This document shows, one piece after another, positions 62,970 to 64,000 of a stretch of 64,000 bases of DNA (position 1 is the stretch's first letter; the number at the start of each line of letters is the position of its first letter). Origin of the DNA: Nitrospirota bacterium (GTDB lineage: Bacteria > Nitrospirota > Thermodesulfovibrionia > UBA6902); contig JACQZE010000014.1 in assembly GCA_016207885.1 (NCBI GenBank), positions 25,724 through 89,723 of the forward strand, given 5' to 3'. The position numbers and the translations under genes are program-made. The notes below the pieces were generated by a model. It was not told where the DNA came from. It saw only the letters and a program-made list of their open reading frames with translations, and made no database searches.

Positions 62970-64000
62970 ATGCCGCCATTAAGACTTGGAGAACTTTTAC
63001 AGCAGAAAGGTCTCGTTAAGGAATCACATGTTAAGATAGCGCTGGCAGAGCAGGCTATTACCGGCCATCTTATCGGGCTTATACTCGTAAAGCTGAGCTT
63101 TGTCTCTTCGAAAGATATTACTCAGACCCTTGCTGAACAGGCCGGGATGACCTTTCTGGATCTTACCCAGTACAATATACCTGAGGATGTTTTGCGCCTT
63201 GTGCCTCGGGACGTTGCCTCCAAGCTTGGCTTTGTGCCTGTCAAAATTGAAGATGGCGTGATAACTATAGGTATCTCAGCTTCTGAAAATTTGCGCGCTG
63301 TTGACGCGGCTACAAGGATCGGGGGACACCCTCCCAAGATATTGATGGTTGACGGCTCTATAGTTGAGGCGACACTTGAGAAGGCATTTTATTTTCTTGA
63401 GAACCCCATACTTGAGGGCATTGAAAAGATCGTCGAGAGCGTTAAGACCGGTGAACTTACCGGCACAAAAGTGTCTCAACTTACAGACTTTCTGGTAAAA
63501 GATGCCATCAGAAGAAAATGTACTGATATTCATGTAACGCCTACTCCTGAAACCGTGCATGTTTTTTTTCGTATAGACGGTGTGTTGCAACAGGCGCACT
63601 GCCTGCCTAAAATTGTGCATAACGGCATTATTTCCCGGATAAAGATATTGTCTAAGCTTGATATAGCTGAAACAAGGGTGCCCCAGGACGGCTCCTTCTC
63701 ATTCACATTTCTTAACTCAAGATATGATATGCGTGTTTCCACAATGCCTACCATTTACGGCGAGAACCTTGTCATAAGGATACTGGGTAGCGGCGGCGCG
63801 ATACTCAGGCTGGCTTCACTTGGTTTTGATAAAGAGGATACGGAAAAGCTGAGGCGCTTATTTTTAAAGCCATATGGAATGATACTTATATGCGGGGCAA
63901 CCGGAAGCGGTAAGACCACTACGCTATATGCCGCTTTAAGGGAGATAGACCTGATAGAGAAGAATGTGCTTACTGTTGAAGACCCTGTAGAATACAGGCT
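62970..64000 (+). CDS. GspE/PilB/MshE-family secretion ATPase, paralogue 2 (3' end beyond the window)
   Basis: My translation from ATG 62970 reads MPPLRLGELLQQKGLVKESHVKIALAEQAITGHLIGLILVKLSFVSS... It is colinear with paralogue 1, with Walker A GATGSGKTT and a canonical EDPVEY. It is open to the window end, so it is absent from the ORF track. Confidence 0.85.
   Translation, partial: MPPLRLGELLQQKGLVKESHVKIALAEQAITGHLIGLILVKLSFVSSKDITQTLAEQAGMTFLDLTQYNIPEDVLRLVPRDVASKLGFVPVKIEDGVITIGISASENLRAVDAATRIGGHPPKILMVDGSIVEATLEKAFYFLENPILEGIEKIVESVKTGELTGTKVSQLTDFLVKDAIRRKCTDIHVTPTPETVHVFFRIDGVLQQAHCLPKIVHNGIISRIKILSKLDIAETRVPQDGSFSFTFLNSRYDMRVSTMPTIYGENLVIRILGSGGAILRLASLGFDKEDTEKLRRLFLKPYGMILICGATGSGKTTTLYAALREIDLIEKNVLTVEDPVEYR

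Noticed and set aside
57192-64000. Interpreting the machinery as a type II secretion system with the small pilins as GspG-K pseudopilins.
   Set aside because: The genes upstream of the secretin look like PilM/N/O/P-MshIJK types rather than GspC/L/M. The ATPases carry MshEN-type N-termini, and ten pilin-like genes, including five giant ones, do not fit the GspG-K set. The distinction still needs HMM-based classification.

Overview
This 64-kb window comes from a low-to-moderate GC anaerobic diderm bacterium; the taxon cannot be assigned from sequence alone. All family calls rest on motifs read by eye from the ORF translations. No database search was run.

The left half (1-30 kb) is mostly core metabolism and signalling:
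- lptC-lptA-lptB on the minus strand.
- A complete rnfCDGEAB operon.
- The proA / nadD / rsfS / lapB-like block.
- A four-gene group-3b ('sulfhydrogenase', beta-gamma-delta-alpha) NiFe hydrogenase operon.
- An ABC-F ATPase.
- Several c-di-GMP and two-component genes: two HD-GYP proteins, a PAS-GGDEF cyclase, and a hybrid HAMP-GAF-PAS kinase with two response regulators.

Two small mobile-type insertions interrupt this core:
- A methyltransferase plus putative endonuclease cassette is wedged between proA and nadD. It is flanked by a 67-bp direct repeat that duplicates the nadD start.
- A GIY-YIG nuclease gene abuts tRNA-Val(CAC), with a rearranged second copy of the tRNA 5' two-thirds on its other side.

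The right half (about 30.5-64 kb, continuing past the window edge) is the stand-out. It is one large MSH-type type IV filament locus, containing in order:
- A PrsK/PrsR-like two-component system whose regulator lacks the sigma-54 activator domain.
- Five paralogous small prepilin-like genes.
- Three tandem Wzy_C/PglL/TfpO-like O-oligosaccharyltransferase-like genes.
- Five giant (420-625 aa) modular prepilin-like proteins that share an N-terminal module of about 190 aa.
- A polytopic spermidine-synthase-like/TPR protein and two GT-C-like membrane proteins.
- MshI/J/K/L-like assembly genes.
- Two tandem MshE-like ATPases carrying c-di-GMP-binding MshEN motifs.

A shared promoter-proximal motif (TTAG-N4-TTGAC) precedes several units of this locus. 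Its genes also hold the three longest G/C homopolymer tracts I noticed in the window.
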